64,000 nucleotides of DNA from Trueperaceae bacterium (GTDB taxonomy: Bacteria; Deinococcota; Deinococci; Deinococcales; Trueperaceae), in NCBI GenBank assembly GCA_965213925.1, contig CBDCAM010000001.1:63738-127737 (forward strand), written 5' to 3'. The notes beneath the pieces are model-generated. The model had not been told where the DNA came from and searched no databases. It was given only the letters and a program-made list of their open reading frames with translations. Positions 50,713-61,090 of this stretch are shown here, in pieces. Numbering within the stretch: position 1 is the first letter of the stretch; each line of letters opens with the position of its first letter. The translations under genes and the position numbers were made by a program.

Positions 50713-52251
50713 ACGGGGCGCGGTGCTGCTTGGCGTTGATGTAGGCACCACCAACGTCAAGGCGAGTGCGTTCTTCCTTAATGGAGCGCTGGCCGCGAGC
50801 GCCAGCCACCGTCTACCTGTACTCCGCACCCAACCGGGCTGGGCGGAGTACGATCCTGATCAGCTCGTCACCACCACGGCAGCTACCATCCACTCGGTGG
50901 TTGAGCAACTCGACAATATTCATATCTTAGGTATAGCGGTTGCCAGCATGGCGGAGACCGCCGTTCCCGTCGACAAGCAGGGAAATTCGCTTCACAACGC
51001 GATAGCCTGGCACGATGAACGCACGGACAGGCGGCCTGGTGGCACCAAGAAGTGGGAGAGGAGCGCGTCTACAGCATCACAGGCCTACCGATCCTGCCCA
51101 TTTTCGGGATTCAGAAGCTACTATGGCTCCGGAGCAACAAGCCGGATATCTTTGGACGAATTCACCGTTGGTTGAACGCGGCGGACTACATCAACTTCAA
51201 ATTGTGTAACGTTGAAGCAACGGATGAGTCTCTTGCTTCACGCCTGATGTTACTGGATCTTCGTACCCGTACGTGGTCCGGAGAGCTGCTCGCGGCCTGT
51301 GATCTTCCCGTAAGCTTACTGGCAGACGTCGTGACGAGCGGTAGTTTTCTTGGGAATGTGACAGTCAAGGCTCAGGACCTGCTCGGCATACCTAAAGGCA
51401 CCCCCGTCATCGCTGGAGGACATGACCATCCTTGTGGGGCGTTTGCCTTAGGTATTAACGACCCTGGCGATATTCTCGACTCTATGGGTACGAGTGAATC
51501 GGTGTTTACAGTGCTTGAAGAACCCTGCTTGAGTGGTGATTTGGCACGAACAGGTTATCAGCAGGGTGTTCACGTCACCCCAGGAAGGTACTATGCTAAT
51601 GGAGGCCTCTTTACCTGTGGTGCCGCGGTTGAATGGTTCAGAGAGACGATATCCGTCGAAAGCAACTCGTACGATGAGTTGGTAAATTCTGCGCGCAAGG
51701 CGCCCGCGGGAAGTCGAGGCGTGACATTTCTTCCTCACCTCCGCCTTTCGAGCCCGCCCAATAATGACGACCGCGCGAAAGGTGCCTTTGTTGGCCTCAG
51801 CATCGCAACGCAACCTCAAGATCTTGCACGAGCTTTGCTTGAAGGACTCGCGCTTGACGCGTATCACTCGCTGCAAGGACTGAGGAAGCACTTCTCTTTG
51901 TCTCCTCAGCGCATCTGTACCATCGGAGGGGGAGCCCGTAACTCGCTGCTGATGACTGTCAAGGCCACCCTGGCCAGGCAGGACCTGCTCGTGCCGCAGG
52001 TTGATGAGGTGACCACCCTGGGTGCCACCATGCTTGCGGGGCTCGGCTCAGGAACCTTTTCTACCTTTCAGGAGGCTCAGAATTTGATGAGCGCAACGTA
52101 TGTTCGTGTCAAACCGACTAAAGAGCTTGAGGGGTTCTATCAGACGCTGTATCAGCAGGTTTTTTGCCACCTTTACGATGCCCTCGCCCCACTTCACCAT
52201 TCCCTTCACGACCTTACTGCCAATGCAGACCTCCAGGAGCACACAGGGTGA
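50705..52251 (+). pseudogene. FGGY carbohydrate kinase (xylulokinase-like), frameshift at ~51025
   Basis: GVDVGTT and AWHDER in one frame; KLLWL, GGHDH, FLPHL and GGGARN in the next. Confidence 0.85.
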
Positions 52252-52260
52252 GGTGCTGGA

Positions 52261-53089
52261 GGCGTTGTCAACTTATCTTTAGCGAGCCTCAATATAAGCG
52301 GTAGAAGGTGACTACTGCAGTTGTTGTGTTCGTTGGGCAGCCACATGGAGGCCAGTAACCTCCCGCCAACTCGCGAACCGCTGCTTCAGCTCCTGACGGT
52401 AGTCGGTGGCGGTAAACAGGTGGCGTCTAGGGTGGAATGTGAAGAGATAAAGCTGTAGGCCGCCAGGGACTTTTGGCCGTGTCCAGAATATTGAAGCGCT
52501 GCATGCGCCTCTCTCTTTCTCTGGTCGGTTGGTGCGAGTTCTCGGCGCGGTTGTTAAGCCCCGCTAAGCTGGCGATGCTCCACGCTTGGGGGTATCTCTT
52601 CTTTAGCAGCCCCCTTGCTTTGTGACTCGTCTGCGATAATCACGCGAGGCACGTACTGCAAACCCTTGAGAATCTTTTCGAAAAAATTTTTAGCCGCTTT
52701 CTTGTCGCGCTTACTCTGCACCAGAACGTCAAGCACATGCCCACCCTGATCCACCGCCTGCCACAGGCACGAGCGCCGACCGTTGATGGTCAAAAACACT
52801 TCATACAGATACTATTTGTCTCCCGGCTGTGGGCGACGGCGCTTTAAGCTGTTAGCGGAAGTCCGACCGAACTTGCCGCACCAATGCCGCACTGTCTCAG
52901 AGCTTAAAATCACACCCCGCTCAGCCATCATCTCCTTAACGTCCCTGTACGACAGAGAGAAACGGAAGTACAACCAGACACAGTGGCTGATGATTTCAGC
53001 AGGAAAGCGGTGGCGTTTGTACAGATTGGCAGCAGCATTCGTGGCCGGAAAACCTAACACGTCGCTGCTGAAGTTTACTTGACAACGCC
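52261..53089 (-). mobile_element. Degenerate IS6-family element (829 bp)
   Basis: IR GGCGTTGTCAAST at both ends; broken transposase (HRFPAEIISHCVWLY, LWQAVDQ.G.VLD). The LacI gene's last codons and stop lie within the IS end. Confidence 0.88.
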
Positions 53090-54130
53090 AACTTTTACGC
53101 GAAGGCTATAGGGAGGAGCGCAGCTTTGTCTTTTGATGAGTCTGGCCGGGAACCGTTGACGAACGACCGAATGCGATGGACGCTCGACTTCATCCAGAAC
53201 AAGCTTGGCGGCAGCCTGACCCATAAGCTCCGTAGGCTGCTCAAGTACACAGAGTGGTGGACTGACAAACCGTGTCAGAGGGTCATTATCAAACGTTAGG
53301 AGCGACACATCCTCAGGTATTTGCAGATGCAGGTCTCTCAGAGCCTCGACGGCCCCCATCGCGATAGTACTGGTCATAGTAAAAAGAGCGGTGGGAGGAG
53401 TTGCCAGCTGCATCAACTTTAGCGTGAGGTCGTAAGCATCTTTATCGTCGACCTGCTTTGGACGTTGGTGGAGAGTGGGGTTGTACGCGTCAGGCAAATC
53501 GAGCCCTAGATTTTTCATCGCGCTCACAAAGCCTTGTGTTCGCTCGTCAAAGCCTCCTGCAGCTTTTTGAAGACCGAGCCCAGCGATTCGACGATGACCC
53601 AAACCGCGAAGATAATGAACCCCCTCTGTTGCAGCGGCAACGTTTTCGAGCATGACATGGTGGAAGGGGCTGCTTTCGTGAATGTAGTCGATCTCGACTA
53701 TAACTGCACCTTGCTCCTGCATCCGCTCTAAGTAGCTGTAGTTGTGCTTTCCAAAGGAAGAGCGGATAATAATCCCGCTCACCCGGTGACCCGAGAACAT
53801 CTTGAGGTTGAGCAATTCGATGTCTGCATCGTACTCGTTTTCTGCAACGAGCAAGGTGTAACCTCGAAAGCGCACCTCTCTACTGATCACGCGCGTTAGT
53901 GTTGAGAAAAAGGGTGCCGTGATGTCACCGACCATCCAGCCGATTGCAAGGTTGCGACCGCGCCTGAGCGCCCCCGCTGCTTGGTTGGGTTCGTACTCTA
54001 AGTCGGCAACTGCTTTGAGAACCCGTTCGAGCGTTTCTGGAGCAAGAAGATGGGGCTCGTTGATGGCGCGTCTGGCAGTCGAAGGGGACACTCCCGCCCG
54101 TTTAGCGACATCTAAAATACTGACCACCAA
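53075..54130 (-). CDS. LacI family regulator
   Basis: ILDVAKRAGVSPSTA.R, Y.PN..A..L, IPEDVSL..FDN, LIKRQS. Confidence 0.93.
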   Translation of the reverse strand: MVVSILDVAKRAGVSPSTARRAINEPHLLAPETLERVLKAVADLEYEPNQAAGALRRGRNLAIGWMVGDITAPFFSTLTRVISREVRFRGYTLLVAENEYDADIELLNLKMFSGHRVSGIIIRSSFGKHNYSYLERMQEQGAVIVEIDYIHESSPFHHVMLENVAAATEGVHYLRGLGHRRIAGLGLQKAAGGFDERTQGFVSAMKNLGLDLPDAYNPTLHQRPKQVDDKDAYDLTLKLMQLATPPTALFTMTSTIAMGAVEALRDLHLQIPEDVSLLTFDNDPLTRFVSPPLCVLEQPTELMGQAAAKLVLDEVERPSHSVVRQRFPARLIKRQSCAPPYSLRVKVGVVK

Positions 54131-54512
54131 GCCATTGTATCAGGTGTCGTCAGACGGCAGAGGTTCCTCCTCAGTCTTTTATAAAGCCAATTGAGAGCAT
54201 ACAAATACCACCGCGACCGGGGGTTTTTCCAAAGATGCCGATTCCCCTAGACAGAGGCCGAAGGATCGGTTATGCTAATGAACACGAAACCATATGTGAG
54301 AAATACCATTGAGCATCGAACACTCGTTTTTAGAGAGGTTGATGTTCCAGAGCAAAAGCTCCACCACGCTACCCGTTGGGAGCAGTCCGGAAGTGGTTGT
54401 AGTGCTCGAGAGGGGGGGACAGCAATGGCGACATAAATGTAGGTGAGAGCGGTACGCGGCCACAGATCTTTAGCCTTTTAGCCTTATCGGAAACTTTAGG
54501 AGGGGTCTACCC

Positions 54513-55766
54513 ATGCGGAAACTGATGCTTTGTGTTGCAGCTCTGTTGATAGGCGTGACCAGCGCCCAAGAGGTCGTCGAGGTTTTGTCTCAGCCGAGGC
54601 TGGAGTGGGAGCAGATGGAAGCCTACATTCCCGAATTCGAAGAGCAGACGGGGATCACCGTCAACATCACCTACCTCGCCGAGTTAGAACGTCGGGCCAG
54701 GTCCAGGCTCGACGCTTCGACGGGTGCCGGCCAGTTCGATGTCTACTACATTGACGAGGCCAACGTTACCGAATTCGCTTCGAACGGTTGGATTGTGCCG
54801 ATCCGGGACTATTTTCCCGAGGAGCTCGACTTTAGCGGCTTTTCTCCTGCACTCGTCGAGATGCTCAGTTATGAGGGCGTTCCTTATGCCGCCCCAATGA
54901 TCACCGAAGGCGACCTCATGTTCTACCGCAAAGACCTCCTCGAGGAGCATGGGCTTAATGTTCCGACAAACTTGGACGAATATCTGGAAGTGGTCAAGGC
55001 ACTTCATGACCCCCCCAGGGTTTACGGAACCGCTACCCGCGGGCTCCGCGGTTCGGGTATGAACGTTTGGCGCTTTAGCCATTACCTTTCTGCTTTTGGC
55101 GGGAGCTACCTGGATGAGGAAGGAAACGTCGTTATCAACTCGCCCGAAGCGGTAGAAGCCGTAGAGTATTACCTCGAGCTCATCAAGCATAGCCCCAGCC
55201 CCACCATGTCCTGGTCGGATGCGTTGGACGCCTTTGCGGCGGGGCGCGTGGGTATTGTGACCTTTGCAAACCTCAAAATGGATACCTTGCAAGACCCCGA
55301 GCGGTCGGTGGTCGCCGACAACATGGGTTATAGTGTCGCGCCGGCAGGTCCCATCGGGACGCCGGTATCGAACACCAGCGTCCACGGTCTTGCCATCTCC
55401 GCGCCCGGCGCGGCGACAGAGGCCGAGCGCGAGGCGGCGGGCGAGTTTATCGCTTGGTTCACCAGTCAAGAGAACGAGCTCCGGAAAGTTGCGGAAGGCA
55501 GCGGTCTGACCAACGCCCGCACCGCGACCTTCGAAAGCGAGGTTTTTGCTGAGGCGTATCCGCCAGAATTTTCGAGCGCGATGGGGGACATGTTGAATGC
55601 CCAGCGGCAAACAATTCCTCAGATTCCCGAGTGGGGTGAGATCGGTGATTACCTGGGGATAAAGCTTGAAGAGCTCTTTACTGCGGCGTACAACGATCAA
55701 CCCTATGATGTTCAGGCTGCTTTGGACGATGCAGCAGCCTATGCCGAGGGCGTTCTCGGACGATAG
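54513..55766 (+). CDS. Sugar/polyol ABC transporter substrate-binding protein
   Basis: Signal peptide, FEEQTGITV, FYRKDLL. Confidence 0.92.
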   Translation: MRKLMLCVAALLIGVTSAQEVVEVLSQPRLEWEQMEAYIPEFEEQTGITVNITYLAELERRARSRLDASTGAGQFDVYYIDEANVTEFASNGWIVPIRDYFPEELDFSGFSPALVEMLSYEGVPYAAPMITEGDLMFYRKDLLEEHGLNVPTNLDEYLEVVKALHDPPRVYGTATRGLRGSGMNVWRFSHYLSAFGGSYLDEEGNVVINSPEAVEAVEYYLELIKHSPSPTMSWSDALDAFAAGRVGIVTFANLKMDTLQDPERSVVADNMGYSVAPAGPIGTPVSNTSVHGLAISAPGAATEAEREAAGEFIAWFTSQENELRKVAEGSGLTNARTATFESEVFAEAYPPEFSSAMGDMLNAQRQTIPQIPEWGEIGDYLGIKLEELFTAAYNDQPYDVQAALDDAAAYAEGVLGR

Positions 55767-55772
55767 ACCTCC

Positions 55773-55804
55773 GCCTCCTGTGGACGGTACCGTCCACAGG
55801 AGGC
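55773..55804 (+). terminator. Intercistronic stem-loop after the SBP gene
   Basis: Perfect 32-bp palindrome GCCTCCTGTGGACGGTACCGTCCACAGGAGGC. Confidence 0.7.
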
Positions 55805-55856
55805 TCTTCCGGGACCAAACGGCTCATACGGTAGCTATTCCTCAGGGCGGCAGAAC

Positions 55857-56729
55857 ATGACAAAACGCCAATTTTTTTATCTCTTCATGATTCCTACGTT
55901 TGCTGCCCTTTTTATTTTTGCCTTTTATCCACTTTTCACAGCTCTATACTTTTCTCTCTATGACTGGGACTTAAGAAGCAATCAGCCTATGAACTTTATC
56001 GGGTTCGGCAACTACACCGCCATGTTTAAGGACGAGAGATTCCTCAATTCGTTACGTATTTCGGCAACCTTTCTCGTCACCACGGTCGGCGGGTCGATGC
56101 TTCTGGCGTTCGTCCTGGCACCGTTTGTCCACGAAGTCGCCAAGGGCTGGCTGCGTACCATGAGCCTCTTTGTCTTTATCATGCCTGCGGTGCTGCCCCG
56201 CGTCGGCGCCGCCTACATGTGGCGGCTCATGTATGACCCGTCCATCGGGATTTTCAACTACCTCTTCAGCCTCGTCAACTTAGGACCTTTTGCGCTTCTC
56301 CAGAATCCACGTACTGCCCTCGCCGCTATCGTCGTGATCGACGTTTGGCAGTGGGGTTTTCTCCTCACGGCGCTGGTCATGATCTTGCTGCAACAGGTCC
56401 CCTCGGAGCTTATCGAGGCTGCCCGTTTAGACGGCGCGAATACGGCGCGCCTCTACATAAACATTATGTATCCGATTATTTTACCCCTCTCCTTGCCCTT
56501 GGTTTTCGTCAAGATGATGGAGTCACTGCGGAGCTTCGACTTCATCTTCGTCCTTACGGGAGGTGGGCCGGGGGTGGCGACCGAGACGCTCGACATGTAC
56601 GCCTACTGGCAAGGGATGGGGACGGCGGGCCGTGTCTCCTACGCCTCGGCTATGTCTCTCTTTATGGTTGTCCTCTCGATCATTCTCATCACCATCATCT
56701 GGAAGTCACTGAGGCGGTGGCACGAATGA
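55857..56729 (+). CDS. Carbohydrate ABC permease
   Basis: DVWQW, EAARLDGA, LTGGGPG.ATE. Confidence 0.92.
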   Translation: MTKRQFFYLFMIPTFAALFIFAFYPLFTALYFSLYDWDLRSNQPMNFIGFGNYTAMFKDERFLNSLRISATFLVTTVGGSMLLAFVLAPFVHEVAKGWLRTMSLFVFIMPAVLPRVGAAYMWRLMYDPSIGIFNYLFSLVNLGPFALLQNPRTALAAIVVIDVWQWGFLLTALVMILLQQVPSELIEAARLDGANTARLYINIMYPIILPLSLPLVFVKMMESLRSFDFIFVLTGGGPGVATETLDMYAYWQGMGTAGRVSYASAMSLFMVVLSIILITIIWKSLRRWHE

Positions 56730-57532
56730 AGCTCGGGCGCATCCTCAGCTTGCTTGTTCTGGCGGTAATTCTCTTTATCGCCGTCGCGCCTATTCTCTGG
56801 ATCGTCCTAAACGCGTTTAAAACGCGCGTCGACATCATCTCTTGGCCGCCCAAAATCTTCTTCACGCCCACCCTGGACAACTTCCAAAGGGTGTTGCAGA
56901 TAGGCACCATCGTCAACGGCGTAAGAAACAGCCTCATCGTCGTGCCCCTGTCTCTACTTATCGGGTTTGTGATGGGCGTGCCTACGGCGTATATCTTTGC
57001 GCGCTACCGTTTTCGAGCCAAAAGCGACCTTCGCTTCTTCGTGTTGTCGCTGCGCTTCATGCCGCCTGTGGCTGTCTTTATTCCCTTTTTTCTGGTCTGG
57101 TTGCAACTGGGCTTGCTCGATACCAAGGGGGCGCTCATCGCGACCTACTTGAGCATCACGGTGAGTACCATGATCTGGCTCTCTATCGAGACGTTCAAGC
57201 ATCTGCCCATCGAGTATGAAGAGGCGGCCGAACTCGACGGTTTGGGTCCATTCGGCGTTTTTTATAGAATTGCTCTGCCCTTGGCGCTGCCCAGTCTGCT
57301 CGGCATGGCGATTTTCGTTTTCATTCTGGTTTGGAACGAATTCTTTCTGGCTTTTATCCTCACTTCGCGGCAGGCGGTGACGATGCCTGTTGCATCGGCG
57401 ACCTTTGCGGTCATGGGCATGGAGGTGCCGTGGAATCAGCTGAGCGCCTCGGTGACCCTGCTGATGATACCTCCGCTCATTTTCTCTTACTTTTTTATGC
57501 GGTATCTGCCCAACTTTTTTGGCGTGGAGTAA
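56726..57532 (+). CDS. Carbohydrate ABC permease
   Basis: EEAAELDG, WNEFFLA; ATG 56726 overlaps the upstream stop. Confidence 0.92.
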   Translation: MKLGRILSLLVLAVILFIAVAPILWIVLNAFKTRVDIISWPPKIFFTPTLDNFQRVLQIGTIVNGVRNSLIVVPLSLLIGFVMGVPTAYIFARYRFRAKSDLRFFVLSLRFMPPVAVFIPFFLVWLQLGLLDTKGALIATYLSITVSTMIWLSIETFKHLPIEYEEAAELDGLGPFGVFYRIALPLALPSLLGMAIFVFILVWNEFFLAFILTSRQAVTMPVASATFAVMGMEVPWNQLSASVTLLMIPPLIFSYFFMRYLPNFFGVE

Positions 57533-57548
57533 CGCGAAGGAGACACGT

Positions 57549-58346
57549 ATGGCGAGTGCAAGGTACCGTTTTCAGGAGAAGACCGTCCTCATCACTGGGG
57601 GCGGGGGAGATATCGGACGAGCGAGCGCGCACCGGTTCGCGATGGATGGTGCAAGCGTCGTCATCTTAGATATCGACGAAAAAAAGGGGCTCGAGACGGC
57701 CGCAGAACTGGAGGGGTATGGGGGGCGGGTAAGCTCATACGCCTGTGACGTGACCAGGGCCGCCGAGGTCGGGGCGACCATAGAGAGAGCCGTTGCGGAG
57801 CACGGGCGCATCGACTGTCTGTTCAACAACGCCGGGTATCAGGGTGCCTTTGCCAAAACCGACGAGTACCCCGATGACGATTTTCAAAGGGTTGTGGACG
57901 TCAATATTGTCGGCGTCTACAATATGCTCAAGGCGGGAGCGCAGCACATGCGTCAGCAGGGTGGCGGGGTTATTGTCAACACCGCAAGCATGGCCGGGGT
58001 GGAGGGCCCACCCAACATGTTGGCTTATTCGGCCTCTAAATTTGCAGTCGTCGGCCTTACCAAAACGGCCTCCAAAGATCTCGCCCCCTATGGAATCCGG
58101 GTCAACGCCATTTCGCCCGCGCTGATAGGTCCCGGCTATATGTGGACACGTCAAACGGAACTTCAGGCCAAAGCAAATTCTCAATACTTCGATGCCGACC
58201 CGAAAACTGTCGAGGAGCAGATGCTGCGTTCGGTACCGATGCGGAGGCTGGGAACTTTGGAGGAGGTCGCCAACGGGGTGGCCTTTCTGATGAGTGATGA
58301 AGCCAGTTATATTACCGGGGTCAATCTCGAGGTGGCTGGGGGTTGA
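57549..58346 (+). CDS. SDR family xylitol/polyol dehydrogenase-like
   Basis: TGGGGDIG, FNNAGYQGAF, ASMAGV.GPPNM.AY..SK, MW.RQ.ELQAK..SQYF..DPK; recalled close similarity to Gluconobacter xylitol dehydrogenase. Confidence 0.8.
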   Translation: MASARYRFQEKTVLITGGGGDIGRASAHRFAMDGASVVILDIDEKKGLETAAELEGYGGRVSSYACDVTRAAEVGATIERAVAEHGRIDCLFNNAGYQGAFAKTDEYPDDDFQRVVDVNIVGVYNMLKAGAQHMRQQGGGVIVNTASMAGVEGPPNMLAYSASKFAVVGLTKTASKDLAPYGIRVNAISPALIGPGYMWTRQTELQAKANSQYFDADPKTVEEQMLRSVPMRRLGTLEEVANGVAFLMSDEASYITGVNLEVAGG

Positions 58347-58368
58347 ATCAAGATGCAGTCGCGCCAGC

Positions 58369-59298
58369 GGTTCTGTCGGGACTGGTTTCTGAGGGCCATG
58401 CTAGCCTCGCCGGACGACTTGCCCCCACTGCAGCTGCGACCACACAATGAAGCTCGATTAGCCCACCAAGCTCGGCTACAAGCGCCACCGTTACAACGGC
58501 TGCGGCAAGATGTTCAACGAGAGGACAGAGACGCCCTGAAATGTCCTCGAATACCCGACCGACATCGTGCTGCTCGTGGTGTTATGGCGGCTACGCTACA
58601 ACCTCTCAGAGACCTGGCAGAAACATTTCTGGAGCGGGAGTTCGCCTTCACGCACGAGGCGGTACGCGAGTGGGAGGCGAGGTTTGCTCCTCTTGTGGCC
58701 GGGGTGTTGAGAAGGCGGCGCAGCGGTAAGAGAGGCGGAAAGTGGCATGTGGACGAGGCCTACCTCAAGGTCGAGGGGAAACGGTGCTACCTGTACCGAG
58801 CCGTAGACAAACCCGCAGGCTAATTGACGTTCGGCTGAGCGAGACGCGGGTTATGAAAGCGGCCAAAGCGTTTTTTAAAAAGGTGCTTACCACAGCTGAT
58901 GCCCCTCCTGAGAAGGTGACGACTGACGGTCATGACGCTTATCCTCGCGCCGTTAAAGAAGAGCTGGGCGAGGAGGTTCAGCACCGCACCAGCCGCTACT
59001 TGAACAACAAACTCGAAAGATCACAGAGGTATCAGAGGCCGGTACAAAGGGATGCGAGGCTTCAAGAGCTTTGGTTCAGCGCAACGGTTCTGCGACGTTT
59101 TCGACGGACTGAGGGATTGCCTGCGCCCACGGAGCCGTCCTTATGAAGTGCTTTCCCTTACCAAGCAGCGCAACCTCTACCTTGAGCGGACGAGCTCGTT
59201 GCTGACCGCCCTGGGTGGGGTGTAGCAGAACGCTTCACAACAAACAGTGCTAGCGGACGGCCGCACCGACCCTGCTATGAACCAATCCTGACAGAACA
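58369..59298 (+). mobile_element. Degenerate IS6-family element
   Basis: IRs GGTTCTGTCGGGACTGGTT / TGTTCTGTCAGGATTGGTT; frameshifted transposase (THEAVREWE, WHVDE.Y, YLYRAVD, TTDGH..Y, YLNN.LE). Confidence 0.85.
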
Positions 59299-59390
59299 GA
59301 CAGAAGGGCGTGCCCCGCCTTACCCCAGCACATCTTTGCAGTCTCCTCGAGCATCATCCAGTTAAGGTTAGTCAAACGCATGATGAACTC

Positions 59391-60179
59391 CTACAAACAG
59401 GTGACCGCGCCGCCGTCGACGAACAGGGTGGCGCCGGTCATGTAGCTCGCCGCATCTGAGAGGAGAAAGGCGGCCACGCGCCCGAACTCGTCGGGCTCGC
59501 CCAAGCGGCCCAGCGGAATGCTGCCGACGGACGCGGCCCGCACCTCGCCGAACGACCTCCCCTGTTTTTCGGCCAGCGCCTCGTCCAGCTCGTTCACGCG
59601 CTCGGTCTCGATGCGCCCCGGCGCGAGGCAGTTTACCCGCACGTTGTCGGCTGCCAATTCGATCGACAGCGACTTGCATAGGCCCTGCACGGCCGGGCGG
59701 TAGACGTTCGAGAGGAGCAGGTTGGGCAGCGGCCGTTTGACGCTCGAGGAGACGATCGTCAGGATGCGCCCGCCCCCCCGCCGCCGCATGTGAGGCAGCG
59801 CCAGCCGGACGCTGCGCACCACGCTCTGCAAGGTGAGCTGGTAGGCGAGGTCCCACGCGCTCTCGTCCAGCGCATCGAACCCGCCCGAGGGCGGCCCCCC
59901 GGCGTTCGACACGAGGATGTCGAGCCCGCCCAGTTCCGACCCGACTCTCTCGAACAGCCTCTCTAAGTCAGCGGCCCGGCTCACGTCGGCCTCGAACCCC
60001 AGAACCCTGCTCCCGGTCTCGTCCGCGATGCGGGCGGCGGCGTTCTCGGCCCTCCTCTCGTCGCGGCCGCAGATGGCGACCTGCGCGCCCTCGGCGGCGA
60101 GCGCCTGGGCCGTGGCGAAGCCCAGCCCACCGGTGGCGGCGGTCACGAGGGCGAGTTTTCCGTCCAAGCCGAACCTCAC
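59391..60179 (-). CDS. SDR family oxidoreductase
   Basis: TAATGGLG, NAGGP, SN..R, PGRI.T.R, IPLGRLG. Confidence 0.9.
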   Translation of the reverse strand: MRFGLDGKLALVTAATGGLGFATAQALAAEGAQVAICGRDERRAENAAARIADETGSRVLGFEADVSRAADLERLFERVGSELGGLDILVSNAGGPPSGGFDALDESAWDLAYQLTLQSVVRSVRLALPHMRRRGGGRILTIVSSSVKRPLPNLLLSNVYRPAVQGLCKSLSIELAADNVRVNCLAPGRIETERVNELDEALAEKQGRSFGEVRAASVGSIPLGRLGEPDEFGRVAAFLLSDAASYMTGATLFVDGGAVTCL

Positions 60180-61090
60180 GCGCTAACCCCCTTTTGCTCG
60201 GCGCTGAGCCCGCTCGCCTCGAGCGCGCCCGCCAGCTCCGACCTGAGCCGGTCGTCTATCTGCGCGCCGGGGTGCCTTACAAAGGCGCTTTTGATAGCGC
60301 CCCGCTGCCGGTACACCTCTTTGCGCAGGGCGAGCCCGATGCCTGGCTGGAACTCGTAGCGCAGCACGGGGCAGGCGCCGTAAAAAAGCCCTCGCGCCTT
60401 CTCCTTATTGGCCTTGTCGCCCGAGATATAGGCCTTGTAGATGGCGACCAAGACCTCGGGAAACGAGAAGCCCGTCATCATGCCGTCCGAGCCCCGCTCG
60501 AGCTCTTCCAAAAAGAACATGCCGCCCAACCCCCCCACGATGCTGACGTCGCTGCCCAGCGCCCGCAAGGCGCTCACCTTGGGCGCGCTCGGCGTCTCCT
60601 CGAGCTTGATAACCCCGACGCGCCCGAGTTGGGCGTGCAGTTTGGCAACGAGCGTCGGGCTCAGCCGGACGCCGGTCGTGGCCGGGTAGTCGTGCAAGAT
60701 AACGAGCCCGTCCACCGCCGCGTCGATGCGCCGGTAATATTCGAAGATCACCCCGTCGTTCTGCACGAGGGGCGGCGCGACCAGCAGGCCGGAGGCCCCC
60801 AGCGAGAGCGCGTTCAGGCTCTTTTCAACGGCGAGGTCGGTGCCCTCCGCGCCGCTGCCCGCGAACACCGGCGCTCGGCCCCCCGCCGCCGCGACCGTCG
60901 TGGTGATGACCTCGTCCTGCTCTTTCTGCGAAAGTTTGGGCGCTTCGCCCATCACCCCCAGCACCACGAGCCCGTCGACGCCGAGGTTGATCAGAAAGTC
61001 CGTCAAGGTCTCCAAACTCTCCAAGTCGAGCGCGCCGTCGTCCCTAAAGGGTGTCGGCATGATGGTGTAAACGCCTGAAAATCTCGTCAT
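60176..61090 (-). CDS. Dihydrodipicolinate synthase family aldolase/dehydratase
   Basis: PTPF, LGVMGE, DYP, IKLE. Confidence 0.9.
   Translation of the reverse strand: MTRFSGVYTIMPTPFRDDGALDLESLETLTDFLINLGVDGLVVLGVMGEAPKLSQKEQDEVITTTVAAAGGRAPVFAGSGAEGTDLAVEKSLNALSLGASGLLVAPPLVQNDGVIFEYYRRIDAAVDGLVILHDYPATTGVRLSPTLVAKLHAQLGRVGVIKLEETPSAPKVSALRALGSDVSIVGGLGGMFFLEELERGSDGMMTGFSFPEVLVAIYKAYISGDKANKEKARGLFYGACPVLRYEFQPGIGLALRKEVYRQRGAIKSAFVRHPGAQIDDRLRSELAGALEASGLSAEQKGVSA

Noticed and set aside
54684..55700. 338-aa minus-strand ORF (and similarly 60194-61078, 35110-35760, 37567-38370)
   Set aside because: Antisense or off-frame shadows of well-supported GC-rich genes.
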